Shown here in pieces: positions 35,688 through 49,363 of a stretch of DNA of 64,000 nucleotides. Source of the DNA: Zootoca vivipara (taxonomy: Eukaryota); the NCBI RefSeq assembly GCF_963506605.1, contig NC_083281.1, positions 14,942,001 through 15,006,000 of the forward strand, in the 5' to 3' direction. The translations under genes were made by a program, and so were the position numbers. The notes beneath the pieces were generated by a model that was not told the DNA's origin, searched no databases, and worked only from the letters and a program-made list of their open reading frames with translations. The first letter of the stretch is position 1, and each line of letters starts with the position of its first letter.

Positions 35688-36989
35688 CTGTGGAGAGTGG
35701 CCGAGAGGTAAGACACCTTTGGGGACAGCCTTGTGAGTGAACCAGTGTCACAGAGTGTGGAATCTAGGCCAACTGTATTTGGTTAGGCCCTTGCGGTGCA
35801 ACAGAAGTGAAGTTGCCTGAACCATGTGTATTAATAAAACCTATAAACCGTGCTGTTTTATGTTGATTGGAAACTGAAATGTTTTAAAAATATTTTAAGG
35901 TCTTTTGGCGGGTGTTTTCTTGTGCTGAAAGCCATCTTGGTCTCCCTTTTGAGAGGATGAGTAGAATAAACTCCCACCGGCCTCATCCTGCATGGCCAAT
36001 GGTCAGGGATGAGGAGACACCTGAAGGGCAACAAGTTGGGGAAGGCTGTCCAGCACAGCCGAAGAGTAGTCAAAAACTGAGTGCCAGGAAACTCCCCCAG
36101 TGATGAGACACCTCAGAATGGGGAGTGTTCTTACCGCCCTTGGTCAGGACCACTGCACTATGTCTATTGGCATAGCAGTGTCTTTTAAACACAAGGACGT
36201 TTTCCAGGTAACAGGGGCCAAGGCTAAGCATATGTTTGCGACTCCCATTGGGATCATCAAGTCTCTTTCTGCTGCAGACTCAGCTGCCTCAACCTGGGGC
36301 TGAACTGGCAAGAGGTGTGTCTGTATTTACCGGTAACTCATACACACACAAATGTACAGGCCAGGCAAGTGCATCCTCCTGAGCTTCCTGGGCATGAGAA
36401 CATGGCAAGCCTGAAGAGAATGGGCATGTGTGCCATTTTACAAAGTCTGAGGGGGGAAATGGACTGCTCAAAGATACATGCACGTCTGAGGACTCCTTTT
36501 GCAGAATCCTCAAATCCCATGATCAGGGCTGGTGCTCAGCAGCTCTTTCTGAAATTTTGAATTACTGTAACAGCATTGTTTTGATGATTTCGTAAGAATT
36601 GTAGAGCAGGAAGGGACCACAAGGACCATCCAGTCCAACCCCCTGCAATGCAGGAGTCCTTTGCCCAACGTGGGGCTTGAACACACGACCCCGAGAGTCT
36701 CAGGCTCTACCGGTTTGCTCTATTTATAGGTTTCTGTGTTTGATATGACAGCGGCTGCAATGTGTTTAATGCTACGGTGATTGTGTGAGCCGCTCTGAGC
36801 TCAACATTTGCTGTTGGAAAAGCGGAATACAAATATTAAATCAAATCAAGCCAATTTGGTAGAACTGGGTTTTCTGCGGTTTGGGGACCGGCATTCATCT
36901 TTGAGACCAGTCTCTGACCCAGGAGGAGAAAACCGCGGTCCACCAAAGTGGCTGTCGAGTCCAGCCGCACCCTCTCCCTCCCAAGGTAC

Positions 36990-37232
36990 CTTTCATGCCG
37001 CTGCCCTCCTCTTGAAAGGTGTTTCGACTGCCAGAATGCTCCTCCGTCTGCTCGCTGCCTGATGAGGCCACGCTGCTCTGGGGCGAGAGGGGAGCATGCT
37101 CCCCGCCGGGGATGAAGGCTGGCCGGGCGCCCATCTCGTCCACGTTCATCCACTCGCTGGGGACCTGCTGGCTGGTGGGGATGAGGGACATGGAGCGCTT
37201 CAGCGGGCTGGGGTGGATTTGGCAGGGGAGAG
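36990..37232 (-). CDS. SAMD4B: SAMD4B coding exon 3
   Basis: [20 protein letters not shown]...[12 protein letters not shown]. Confidence 0.95.
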
Positions 37233-37856
37233 CTGGAAGGAGGAAGAGACGGTTAGGACCTGCCGACAATGGCCCCACACTTGGGCTGTGAAATCACCAG
37301 GAAGGCTTAAGCAGCTCAGGAGAGATTTCAGGACGAAGGAAAGTGTTACAAATTCTGAACCTGTCAAGTGGCTGTACTACCCAGAGTGTAGGTTTATTCG
37401 GTGAACCTGACCGGAAGGAAGTTTGAGCAGGAATACACCAAGAACCACCCATTCGTCTTCTGAGGTTCGGAGGGTGGCAACAGCTTTTCAGTGGTGGCTC
37501 CCCATTTGTGGAATGCTCTCCCCAGGGAAGCTCACCTGGCACCATCAATGTATATCGAGAACAATTCAAAGTGTTGGTGCTGACCTTTAAAGCCCTAAAT
37601 GGCTTCGGCCCTGTATATCAGAAGGAGCATCTCTACCCCATCATCCAGCCTGGACACTGAGGTGAGGTTACGGGGAACCAGGCAGAGGGCCTTCTTGGTG
37701 GTGGTGCCGCCCTGTGGAATGCCCTCCTGTCAGATGTCAGAGATAAACAACTATACGTCTTTCAGAAGACACCTGAAGGCAGACCTGTATAGGGAAGCTT
37801 TTAATGTCTGTTTTATTGTGTTTTCAGATCTGTTGGAAGCCACCCAGATGGGTCTG

Positions 37857-37857
<1 letters not shown>

Positions 37858-37901
<44 letters not shown>
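37858..37901. repeat. (AAT)n microsatellite; others: (TTA)n ~27272-27330 and 49321-49362, (TAATA)n ~30428-30480, (GA)n ~47298-47326, (TTCAAC)n(AAC)n ~40148-40190
   Basis: Seen directly; most are LINE tails. Confidence 0.9.
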
Positions 37902-37903
<2 letters not shown>

Positions 37904-38036
37904 TATTCAGGCACCACGCAAATTCATTACTTTTTAACCAGGCCTTTTAACTGTCTATGGCCTTTTAGAGTAGGTGGAATGTTGTAATGTATTTTCTTTT
38001 CTGTTAAGTTGCTTTGAGTTGACATGGCAAAACAAC

Positions 38037-40122
38037 TTTGGGCTTCCGGGTTCAGCGCCAGCGTCGATCGGCGGGGTTTCGTCTCGTCTCCGAGACGGCC
38101 CGTCTCTGCTAGGAGTGGGGAGGGCAGCGAGAGCAACGCTGCGCCCCTTAGAACCTCGGGAAGGGCGTCCCGAGGGCAATTTGCTCGGCACAGACCCAAT
38201 CCGGACTCCCCAACTCTTCGGTTAGCTCTAATAAGAGCTCCGGAGCGAGGAGGGTAGAAGTCGCGGGGGCCATTTTGAGCGGCAACGTTATTCTAGCAGG
38301 GAGAAGCTTCAAGCCGAAGGCGGAGAGCGCTGGATTCTTCCGAAAATAAAACGATTGGAAAAGACTGTAAGTAACCTCACGATTTGGATTATAAAACAAT
38401 TTGGTCTGGGAGAGAGGGGAGAAAAGAGGAAGCCACCCCCCCCCCACGGCAACAAAGAGACAGTAAATAGAAACCCGAAGCCATAAACAGAAGATTTGTA
38501 ATTCAAAAGGATCCCTCAAAGGCATCAAAGAGAATATCCCCTTTGATGCAGGGTGAAAAGGGGAGAGAGACTGTGGTTTATGACTGCCCTGCAGCAATGA
38601 GGTAAAGCCTAAGAAAAACCTTTCTTTCCCTCGGGAGCCGGCAGCCCAGGCAATCCAGTGAGTTGATCAGGATTTATAAGTCAATTTTTACTTCACTTTG
38701 TATTTCTGGACTTTGTGGAATTTCTTTTTTGGCTTAAGTGCTTGTGAAATGTGAGTTCGAACTTTATTGTTAACAAGACTTGAAGAATGCAGCCAGCTTG
38801 TTAAAATGGAGTCGAGAAAATAAACTGTGATCATATTCCACCCCACGTGATAAGTTTTGACCTTGGCAGGACTGAAATATGTCAACAAAAAAGTGTTCCC
38901 CTGAGTTCCAGCGGTCTGTTTTGACCTTAATGTGGGAAACAAGAATAGAGTTATGTCAAGAGGAGACACGACGACAGGAGTTACAGCAGAAATTTCAGGA
39001 GGTGATGGCGGAATATGATTTTCTAGGAGATGAAGCTTTTGACACTGAAAAAGAGCAATGTGAGAATGACAATGATGGGGAAGGAAAAGATGAAGATGAG
39101 GACTGTGATGATTCAACACAAAATGAAACACACCATGAAAAAAATGATGACTCTACTCTACAAAAAGTTGGATGGAGTGCCCTGCCTTTGAGGGGGGCAC
39201 GATTGGTATTATTGGAACTCCAGAACGCCCACAGGGAAGAAGGAAAAAATATGCAGAGAAGAGAAGAAATTCAGGGGTCCTGTATGGTGACCTGGATGGC
39301 AAGAGACTGTAAACAGGGGGTGGGGTGAAGGGAAAGTGATGTTGTGATTATAAGGATGGATTAACAGGTTTATAACTGGTCTGCTGATTTTGGAATTTGC
39401 TGGATTGGGGGGGGTGGAGCCGGTAATCGGGGATGTAAGGTTAAATTGAGAATAGTTATAGTTTTAAAAGTGAATGGATTTTGGAAAATGTGAAAATATG
39501 GAGGCTTATAGAGGGAGAAAAAAAAATTAGGCACGGGAAGAGAAAATGGGAGTTTGAATTTTCAGTGATTTGAATATTAGATGAAAATGTTAACAATTGA
39601 TTTATAAGTTGTATAAGATACAAAGGTGTATTTTTATAAAGTAAGAAACTGTTGCAGATGATAAAAAAGGGATGAAAACCGGGGAAGGGGGGGGAGGGGA
39701 AGCCCATAAAATATGGTTTTTCAACTATGAATGCAAGAAAAAATTTTCTGTTTTGTATTGTTTTTTTCTTTTTCTTTTTTTTCTTCGCCCTTTCTTTTTC
39801 CCCTTTTTTTCCTATTTCTATTTTTCTCTTTTTTTGGTATAACAATAGATGGTTGGATGGATGTCCTCCTGCGTACTGCCCTGGTTTGCTGGAGCTCCCT
39901 GGTGGCAGGGGGGGGCTTTGGGGTCAGGGGAGGGGGAGGAGGACAGAAATCCAAGCATAAAATGGACCATTTCTGACTGTTCACAAACATGGGATACTTC
40001 TGTGGCAGGGGAGGACCCATGTGGGTGGGTAGGAAGGAGGTGGAAAAGGGGTTTAAGTATGTACCGTTTTTTTGTTTTTTTGTATTTTGTAAAATTAATA
40101 AAAAGTATGTTAAAAAAAAAAA
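38037..40122 (+). mobile_element. complete non-autonomous L1-mobilised retroelement (HAL1-like), antisense within a SAMD4B intron
   Basis: 16-bp TSD GACATGGCAAAACAAC at 38021-38036 and 40123-40138; CpG-rich 5' end GGGCTTCCGGG; YY1 motif at 38269-38277; ORF 38879-39328; G-rich 3'UTR; AATAAA at 40097-40102; poly(A) at 40112-40122; no RT/endonuclease ORF. Confidence 0.85.
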
Positions 40123-40790
40123 GACATGGCAAAACAACGACTAATACATTCAACTTCAACTTCAACTTCAACTTCAACAACAACAACAACATTCAGGCAA
40201 AGAACTGGAACAACCCAACTGGCTGACTAGGGCTCAAGGATCACCCGATCAAAGAAGTTTCACATAGTCCTTTGCAGTGTCTACAAATCTGAAATGTTTT
40301 CTTAGTTTCTGGCATGAGGATAGGAAAGCAAGACGCAGCCCGAGATATCAACAGACTGGTTCCCCCCCCCCCCCCAGAGATGAGAGCTCCCTCTGGCTCG
40401 AGATAGATAGCTCAGTTTATTTCCAAGCCATTTCACCAAAAATTGGGAAACGCTTTGGTTAATTTCCAAGCTAATCAGAACTGGTTAACTCCTTCCAGGG
40501 TCAACCTTTTAGAGCAGCAGAGATAATTATTTCAGAAAGGCTGCTCCTGAGGAAACTGATGCGGTGGGGCAAGAACCTACCTTAGTGAATTGGGAAGGTC
40601 TTCTATGTCCCAAGACATAGATTTTAGATTTTAATTTTTTTTGCAGAAGGACCTAGGGGAGCAAGCGAGAGGGTCAACCCATTTGAGGATCCCCTCCTCC
40701 CTGCAGGAAAACACCCCCACCTTCACCCTCCCAAGCAAGATGGCGCCTGTTTCACAGACCCTCCTCATCCCTCCGCCCTGCCTTCCACAC

Positions 40791-41273
40791 CTGTGTTTGC
40801 GTTGCTCCCGATACTGTTGATGGCCGACGGCACAGAGCCAGAGGAATGGAAGGACATGTGCCCATTTTCCCGTGGTGGCTTCTCCTGCCAGCCGTGCCCC
40901 AGGTCTCCGAGGCCCGTGTCTACGGGGCCCTGCCACTCGTCCGAGCCCTGGCGCGAGTGGTAGGCCGTGTCGGGCCGCCCCCTGCTCTGGCCGGAGTAGC
41001 CGCTGGAGAGGCGTTCCTCGAGGTGGTTGAGCCACAGGGCCAGGGAGTTGCGGTCGTCAAGCGTGGTGGCCGGGTGGATGAGGGCATAGGAGAGGAGCTG
41101 CCGGCTCTCCTCGATGAAGAGGTTGCTCTCGATGGAGTAGGCCAGCACCTTCTGCAAGAGCTTCATGTACTCGGACTTGGCATCTGTGTTGCCAGGCTGG
41201 AGGAGAGGCAGGTGGGAGAGGAGCAGGGAGACTACTTTATCCTTGGGCTCTTGGTGCCACTGACTGATGACAG
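40791..41273 (-). CDS. SAMD4B: SAMD4B coding exon 2
   Basis: [25 protein letters not shown]...[12 protein letters not shown]. Confidence 0.95.
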
Positions 41274-41429
41274 CTGTTGGGGTAAGAGAGAGAGGGGCAA
41301 GTCAAGAGAATATCTTCTGGTGCTGCTGGGGATGACTGATTGATTTCAGTTGATTTGATTGACATCCTATGCCCTCTTAAAATGTTTGGGGGAGGGGTTA
41401 TTGCTGTTTTTATTTTGATTATGTGCTTT

Positions 41430-42010
41430 CTTCCATTTTATTTATTAATACTTTTCAAGCTTATACATTTTGCTAGTTTTTTACATTTCACTAATTTTGA
41501 CATTTCAAAACTTGACTTCCATCCCCCTCTTTCTGCGGTTCCTTAAACTTGTTTTTAGTATCTTCTGCATATCCAAATTAACTTAATTTACTCATTTATT
41601 CATCTTCTTTAAATATATACTGTTATAAAATTGCAGGTTGTTACAATAATCCTTCAATGTTTTTATCTGTTTCTAATTTATCTGAAATATTCAATAAACC
41701 ATTTCCATTATTTTATTTAAAAAATGTTATCTTGATTTTCCGGTAACTTTCGCCATTTCTGCATATTCCATAAGTTTTTGCATCCATTCTTTCTTTACTG
41801 GGACTTCTGCTTCTTTCCATTTTTGGGCAAGTAACATTCTTGCCGCTTTAGTCACATACATGAATAAGTTTCTGCAAGTTTCTATGGTTTCTATACATTT
41901 TAGGTAGTTCTGTCCCTATAATTCTCAAAAGAAAAGCTTCTGGTTGTTTTTTTTACAAAGGTTATTTTAAACATCCTTTTCATTTCATTATATATCATTT
42001 CCTAGAAATG
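41430..42010 (-). mobile_element. L1 LINE 3' fragment
   Basis: Minus strand encodes a degenerate ..IYNEMKRMFKITF..PEAFLL..LFMY..AARMLLAQKWK..EWMQKLMEYAEMAK (lizard L1 ORF2 C-terminus) plus a 3'UTR. Confidence 0.75.
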
Positions 42011-43639
42011 AATTGATTATGTATTTTGTGGTTTTATATTCAGATTTTAGCCTGTGAACCGCCCTGAGACTTGCCGATATAGGGTGGTATATAATAAGGA
42101 ATAAGGAATAATTTATTGGCCAAGTACCAACATACTTGAAATTTTGCTTCGGCTACATTGCAATGTAAACGTACCTTATACAACACTGTTCCAATCACAA
42201 TACAATAGCACAGCAAAGGAACCCCACCCATAACTGGCCTCCCCTTCCGCTACACAACTACGAATTTAACAATTTGATGGCACAAGGGGAAAAACTGTTC
42301 CTGTGCCTAGCCGCTTTTGTGTATAGAGTCCTGTAGTGACGTCCGGATGGAAGTAAGTCAAACAGATGATGACTGGGATGCAAAGGATCTGTGACAATTC
42401 GCTCTGCTCTCTTCCCAGCTCAGTTAGCATAAAATTCAATAAACAACAATGAGCCACTTCCAGGCACTCCAGTGTAAGCCTGTGAACAAGCAAGATTCTC
42501 CACACCAAGAAAGCCTGATGGCTTAGCTCAGGGGGCATCAAGGGAGGGGTGTCTCCAGCCACGCCACCCCACCTCTTGCCCTTGGAAGGCTTGCAAGCAG
42601 CTGCTGAAGAAGGACACTGAGCAACATCAGTTGCTCTAGGACTAAGGAGAAACTGTGAAGCTCCCTTATTATTTTTTGCTATTGAATGCTGCACGTTGTT
42701 TAATCATTCTGGTTACATTTAAGGTACAGTGGTACCTCTGGTTGCAGACGGGGATCCGTTCCAGAGCTCCGGTGAGATCCCGTGGTTTCCGTAATCAGAG
42801 GGACAGCTTCTGCACATGCACGCAGTAGAACGCTTCTGCGCATGCGGCAAAACCCAGAAAAATACTTCCGGGTTAGCTGCATTTGCATCCTGAAGGATAC
42901 GCAACTGGAGGTGTGCATATCCAGAGGTATCACTGTACTGAAATGTGGGTTTTTTAAGTTATTATATTTTTGTTTTGCTGTGCTATTGTAAAATTTGTTA
43001 TTATTGTAATTTTGTGTTGTGAACTGCCCTGAGAAGGGTAGTATACAAATTTAATAAAGAAAACCATAATAATACAGGCACCCCCCTGTTCTTGCAGGGG
43101 TTATGTTCCGAGGCACCAAGCACGTCGGTAAAATTGTGTATAACTGAAACCCATTGAAAAAGCCTGCAACCCACCCTCCCTTTTAGTGACGTTTCAGTGA
43201 CGTCTTTATGACGTTTCCAGGTCACGTCTGGGTTCGGCACAATACACAAATACGCAATCACAATCATACTGAATGTGCGTAAACAAGTGGTTGCCTGTAA
43301 TAAGTTTTCATAGTGTTTGTTTGAATGCATTCCTGTTTCTTTGTTGTAAGCTGCTTTGAGCACGATTTTTTGGTGTGGAAAGGCAGAATACAAATAAAAC
43401 AAACAAATGAATCTATTTACATAGTATCACTGTGGTGTTTTTCAGAAGATGATGCTGGAAGCCACAGGTGAGGAAAGAGTGCTCAGGTCCTACCAGTGCG
43501 TTCCCCAATGGGGCATCTGGTTGGCCACTGTAAGAACAGGAGGCTGAACTAGTTAGGCCATTGGCCTGATCCTGCAGGCTCATCTTACATCCTTATATTT
43601 TAACAAAAGCACCTTCAATTGTTTCCGGAGAGTGTAGAC

Positions 43640-43770
43640 CAGGCATCCCTCAGCCCTCCAGATGTTTTAGGACTGCAGTTCCTATCATCGCTGACCACTG
43701 GTCCTGTTAGCTAGGGGTGACGGGAGTTGTAGTCCCAAAACATCTGGAGGGCCGAGTTTGGGGGTCCCTG
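43640..43770. mobile_element. hAT MITE
   Basis: Same core as the 3151 copy; TSD GTGTAGAC/GTGTGGAC. Confidence 0.8.
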
Positions 43771-45277
43771 GTGTGGACAGAGATGCCGTTCCACAGAACA
43801 GGAGCAGCTACAGTAAAAGCCCTGCTCTCAGTTACTTCAGAGCAGGCTTCCGAGATTTTCAGAACTTGCAGGTGAAAACTCTCCTGCAGACAAAAGCAGT
43901 CTCTTCTTAGGACCACCTTCCCCAAGGTGAAGCCCTACAAATGTTTCCGACTACAGCTCCCAGCAGCCACCTAGCTGGGGCCGCTGGGAGCTGTAGTCCA
44001 AAGCATCTGCAGGGCTTTATCTTGGGTACAGGGGGGGGGAAAGGTTGATTGAGGGTGCTCAAGGTTGACTGAGGGTACTCCGAATTGTCTCCTGGCTTTA
44101 TGTCAGCAGCCTCTGAAAGAGATTCAGTGAATTCAACCTCATTTCTCCCTTTTGCCTTAATCTTGGGCAACACTATTACTAGAGAGCTGTAGGAGTTGCA
44201 TTTCGCCTCACAGATAAAAGGGAGAGGCTTCTGTGTGTTAGTTGCAAGGGTGGGGGTGAAGGGGGTACACGTGCTTGGGGAATGGAGCTTAACTGAGTGG
44301 CATGGAGTTCTCACAGCTTAGCAAGATCCGGCTGAACTTGTGAGGACACTTGGTCCTTATCAAGCGTTCGGCAAGAGGAGGCAGATGCCACAGGCTGATC
44401 ACCCCCAAAGTGCTTGCATATACACTCCTAATCTGCAAATTAACCGAGATTAGTTATAGGAGGTCTACTTTTCCTCAGTATTCAGTCACGAGTAAACTGA
44501 GGGGGGGGGGCTCCTTGACCCATTTGCAATTTTAGTGTGAATCAGGAAGAACGTGCATTTGCAAACATGTGTACCAGGGAGGCCCACTCACAGAGCCAGA
44601 ATTAGCTGCAGCTAAACCATATGCTCTGGGCAAATGCAGGTCCTCTATCTATCACAGTGTGCGAAGTGGTGCGAGGGGATGAATCACAGAGTTTCATGAA
44701 TAAGGAATGGAAACATAATTTTATCTTCTTCTTTAATATCAGAATGCCGAGTCACCCAATAAAAAGTGACTGAGAAGTACTTTTAGCACACAATTAATCT
44801 ATGGAATTTGCTGCTTCAAAACAGCCATTAGCCATGGGGAATTTTCTGAAGAATTGGACCTCTTCTTTGTAAATCTGCTTAACAGCAGCTATGAGTCACA
44901 ACACAGCTAACTGGAGCCATGCTCACAGGAATACCAGGTGATCAGTGTTCGAAATTAGCCAGGCGCCAGGCGCGTTTTGTGACAGGTAACCAACCTTTCA
45001 CGAGGAAGTAGAGATGCCTGGACACCTGGTTTAGTGCGTAACATCACCATCTGGCTGGCAACACCTTTCTTCATCATTCTGCCCCTCAATCATTTTGGTT
45101 GCCCTTTTCTGTACCTTTTCCAACTCTACAAAACCCTTTTGGAGGTGAGCGACCAGAGCGTGCCTAACCCAATTAAGGACCCGTGGCAATATTGCCACGT
45201 AAGCAGGTGGTCTGAATCCATTCTGACTGTGAGGATGTTAGGTGTAAGCTCCAGAGGGGAAAAAAGAGCTGACTTAC

Positions 45278-45473
45278 CCGCACTGTTGGCCTCTGACTCC
45301 AGAACGTGGATCTCTGTGCAATCTGCCAACGAGTGCTCCAGGCACAGCTGCAGAAAGCGGGCTTGAGTGCGAGAGATACGCTTGAGGAGAGACAGCAGGG
45401 CCACCGTCTGCTCACATTCATTCCAACCTTTGAACCAGCCAGCAAGGATGCCCACCTGGTCCCGGAACATCAT
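45278..45473 (-). CDS. SAMD4B: SAMD4B coding exon 1 (exon extends as 5'UTR to 45734)
   Basis: GCCACC-ATG; [32 protein letters not shown]...LESEANSA; donor gtaagt. Confidence 0.96.
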
Positions 45474-47293
45474 GGTGGCTGGCACCTCAGGCTCGGCGGC
45501 AACTCACCCACAATGGGGTCAAGAAAGCACCAGGGTTTGGGGTGGGGTGGGGGAAGGACCCCTCACATGGTTTCAACCTCAAGTCTGGAGGCTCGGCAGA
45601 AGGCCACAAACCAGAACACCGACTTTCCCGTTAGCAGAGAAGCAGAATGGCATGGAAAGGGAGTCTTTGCTGTTCCGAAGATCTTTGGGTTCTTTGGGGA
45701 TTATTCCACTTCAGCAGGATGTCTCAGTACCCCCCTGTAAGAGAGAATGAGAGTCAAGGATGAGGATATTTGCATCCCTCCATATTTGTCTGCACCCTAC
45801 AAAATTATGCTGGGCAAACAGAACCCCATACAATCTGCTGCTTTCAAAAACTCCCGTCTATCAACACAGTGTGGTAACAATGGAACACCCAGGCCCATTT
45901 GCATTTGTTTTTAAAATGATACTTTTTAATTATTGTGAAAGGCTCCCTGAGAATATTTATATTGAAGGATGGCATAGTAGTTGGTTAAAAAATAATAATA
46001 CTGACTCAAGGAAATGTTAGACCTGCGTATGGTGGACCAGAGTTCAAATTCAGACGTGTCTCTGGGAGGCAGAGTCCAGGAGCAACTGATTTGGACAGGT
46101 CACACAAGGCTCAACATTTTGAACTTCAAAATGCAGTGTGATGACCACGGCAAACTCAAAAAGTGTGGAGCCCCTTTCACAGAAGTGCAGAGTTGGAAGG
46201 TACCCCAAGGGTCATCTAGCCCAACCCCCTGCAATGCAGGAATTACGGCTTTAGAATCGCTTCTTGCACCCTTCTAATCCAGGAATGCCAACCTAGGCCA
46301 CAATCACAAAGCATTTGCTTCGGTTTGACTGGGGCACTTTTCACCCCTGTACTGCTCTTGCCCAGAGAAGAGCTTTTGGAGACCTCTGAGCAGGGACTGG
46401 CACACCAGTTAAGTCAAGGTTGGCACTGGCCAAGGATACACAGCTGTCTTTGAAGGCAACAAAGGGAAAGCCAAACAATAGTAGCCCCTCACGCCCAACC
46501 ACTTGGGCACACTAACCCTATAGTAATGATGCCTCTCCCATTTCATTCCCTTGGTACCATGGAAGTTTAAACTCGAAGATCTTCAGAGCAGAGACCCCCT
46601 CCCCCATCATTCTTGCTCACGTGAAGTACTATATACTGTATATTCCTGCGTATAAGACTACTTTTTAACCCAGGGAAATCTTCTCAAAAGTTGGGGGTCG
46701 TCTTATACGCTGGGTCGTATTTCTTACACGGCGAGTATATCCCAAACTCTATATTTTAACTGGAAAAGTTGGGGGTCGTCTTATACGCCCAGTCGTCTTA
46801 TATGCCGGAATATACGTATACTTTGATGATACTGCAGGAGCCATACAACTTGAACAGCACCTGAAAGTGACTTGGCCCAAAGGCCTTGAAAGGAGTCAGA
46901 AGCAAGATGAAAAACATGGGTTACCTCAAAGACACATGTAACTCCCACCCCCCACCAAAACCCCTCACCTATTACATAACTGAATGCCTGGGAATACAAA
47001 AGAATGCCAGTGTTGCTGGATAAAAGCTCCGTTAGTAGACTCCTCCTGCTTATCAGTGCAGAGGAAAGAACCAATTACAGATTATCTGCCTTTTGAATGA
47101 TAAAAAGGACAAGCACAAAAATCCAAGGAATTTCCTAAAAACTAACTGGCATGAACACAAAATACTGTATCCACGCGCACAGCACAGCTTTCCCCACTGT
47201 CTGGGCTCTGCCTCGGGTTTAAACAGCTGTGAACTCTTTGACAGAGAAGCCTGTTTCTATTAAAGCCCTTATATAAAGAGAGAGCATCTGTCT

Positions 47294-47325
<32 letters not shown>

Positions 47326-48289
47326 CTGAGGAAATGGCTGTCTGGATCCCTCTATCCTCTGGACACTATAATTAGAGCCAACCAAAGCAAAGGCCGTCCC
47401 CAAGAAAAGCCACCAGGAGAAGTCTGGAGAAGCAGCAAGGCAGCTGGCCCTAATTATACCTTCAGAGGAGGAAGGAGGCACATCAAATGCCACCCAAAGC
47501 TACGTAATGTGGAGGAGGGAGTCGCTTGGGTCTACAGATAGAGATCCAAAGCTGGGCAAGGGGCTGTGCCAACAGCTGGCAGAGCCATCCGGACGCTGGT
47601 CAGGGAGCAAGACAGGTTGAACTCTTCTCTGTGCTGTGACACCTTGGAGCTGCCATATCCTGATGCCATCAAGTGAAGGTGGTGGGGTTAGAACGAGCAG
47701 CCTACGTGAGGGCTTTCTGCTGATGGCAGTGGAGGAGGCTACCACCAGTGGGGATTCTGCCGGCATCACTTTCATCCAGCCACACTTCTGAACAAGGAGC
47801 TCTGTATTGGGGGAGTGGTGCTGCCCTCATCTCCTGGTGCCATTAGCCATGACTAGGCAGTTGCCTCTGGTGGCAGGCTGGGGACAAATCAGAGGAGCGC
47901 ATTGCTCGCCGCCTCCTGTGCTTGTTGCTTTGGATGCTGCTGGCTCAGGGAAATGCTGGCAAGCGGTGGTGGGCGTCATTTTCTGTTTTGCCTCTTGTGG
48001 AGATATGTCCAGCCCTGGCTGGTGGAGCTTCTATTGGCCCAGGCAAATAGAGATCTCTGCCTCGTCCAAACCCGGTGCAGTGGGTTGTGGGGTTGGAACA
48101 CAGCCCAAGAGAAAGAAAGTGAAGCTGAACCCCAATACTACTTTCCAGCCCTCAACGGCCTTGGCCCAGTACACCTGAAGGAGCGTCTCCACCGTCATTG
48201 TTCAGCCCAGACACTGAGGTCCAGCTCCGAGGGCCTTCTGGCAGTTAAATGTCTAATGTTCTACATTTTTTAATGTGCTGTAAGTCTCC

Positions 48290-48613
48290 AGAGCCTAGGG
48301 CTTGCTGATCATAAGGTTGGCGGTTCAAATCCCTGCGATGGGGTGAGCTCCCGTTGCCCGGTCCCAGCTCCTGCCAACCTAGCAGTTCGAAAGCACGTCA
48401 AAGTGCAAGTAGATAAATAGGTACCGCTCCGGCGGAAAGGTAAACGGCGTTTCCGTGTGCTGCTCTGGTTTCACCAGAAGTGGCTTTGTCATGCTGTCCA
48501 CAACCTGGAATCTGTACACCGGCTCCCTCGGCCAATAAAGTGAGATGAGTGCCACAACCCCAGAGTCAGTCACGACTGGACCTAATGGTCAGGGGTCCCT
48601 TTACCTTTACCTT
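48290..48613 (+). mobile_element. Sauria SINE nested in an L2 fragment
   Basis: Same body as the 2562 copy, (ACCTTT)n tail, flanking TAAGTCTCC duplication. Confidence 0.8.
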
Positions 48614-49319
48614 TAAGTCTCCCAGAGTGGCTAGGGAAACCCAGCCAGATGGGCGGGGTATGAATAATAAAATTATCGTTGTTGTTGTTGCAGGCACCGT
48701 CCACCGAGAGCGAAAACATTATCAACACTCAACCAGGGCTCTGACCGGCTTTGCAAGTCAGACAGGGTTCAGAAACCCCCAAAGTTTCTGAACACATGAT
48801 GGCAACAGCCCCAAGCTTAATGAACATAAGAGGGGGTTTGGTGGATCAGATTGAAAGGTCTATCTAGTTCAACATCCTGTTCTGGCAGCCACCACCCAGG
48901 AACTCCAAAGGGAAGCCCACAAGGAGGACCTGGGTGCAGCAGCACTCTCATCTCAGACGGCCTCAGCCCAGTATACCTGAAGGAGCGTCTCCACTCCCAT
49001 ATTGTTCTGCCCGGACACTGAGGTCCAGTGCCGAGGGCCTTCTGGCGGTTCCCTCGCTGAGAGAAGCCAAGTTACAGGGAACCAAGCAGAGGGCCTTTTC
49101 GGTAGTGGTGCCCACCCTGTGGAACGCGCTCCCATCAGATGTCAAGGAAATAAACAACAACCTGACGTTTAGAAGACATTTGAAGGCAGCCCTGTTTAGG
49201 GAAGCTTTTAATATTTAATAGAATATTGTATTTTAATACTTCTGTTGGAAGCCGCCCAGAGTGGCAGGGGAAATCCAGCCAAATGGGCAGGGTTTAAATA
49301 ATAAATGGGCAGGGTGTAA

Positions 49320-49363
<44 letters not shown>

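Larger units (their letters stand above)
26777..45473 (-). other. SAMD4B: SAMD4B (Smaug homolog 2) coding span, 12 coding exons, 2070-nt CDS, 689 aa
   Basis: Exons join in frame from [17 protein letters not shown] to GDGTDKTSTI*; SAM domain [26 protein letters not shown]; synteny with GMFG and PAF1 identifies it as paralog B. Confidence 0.96.
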
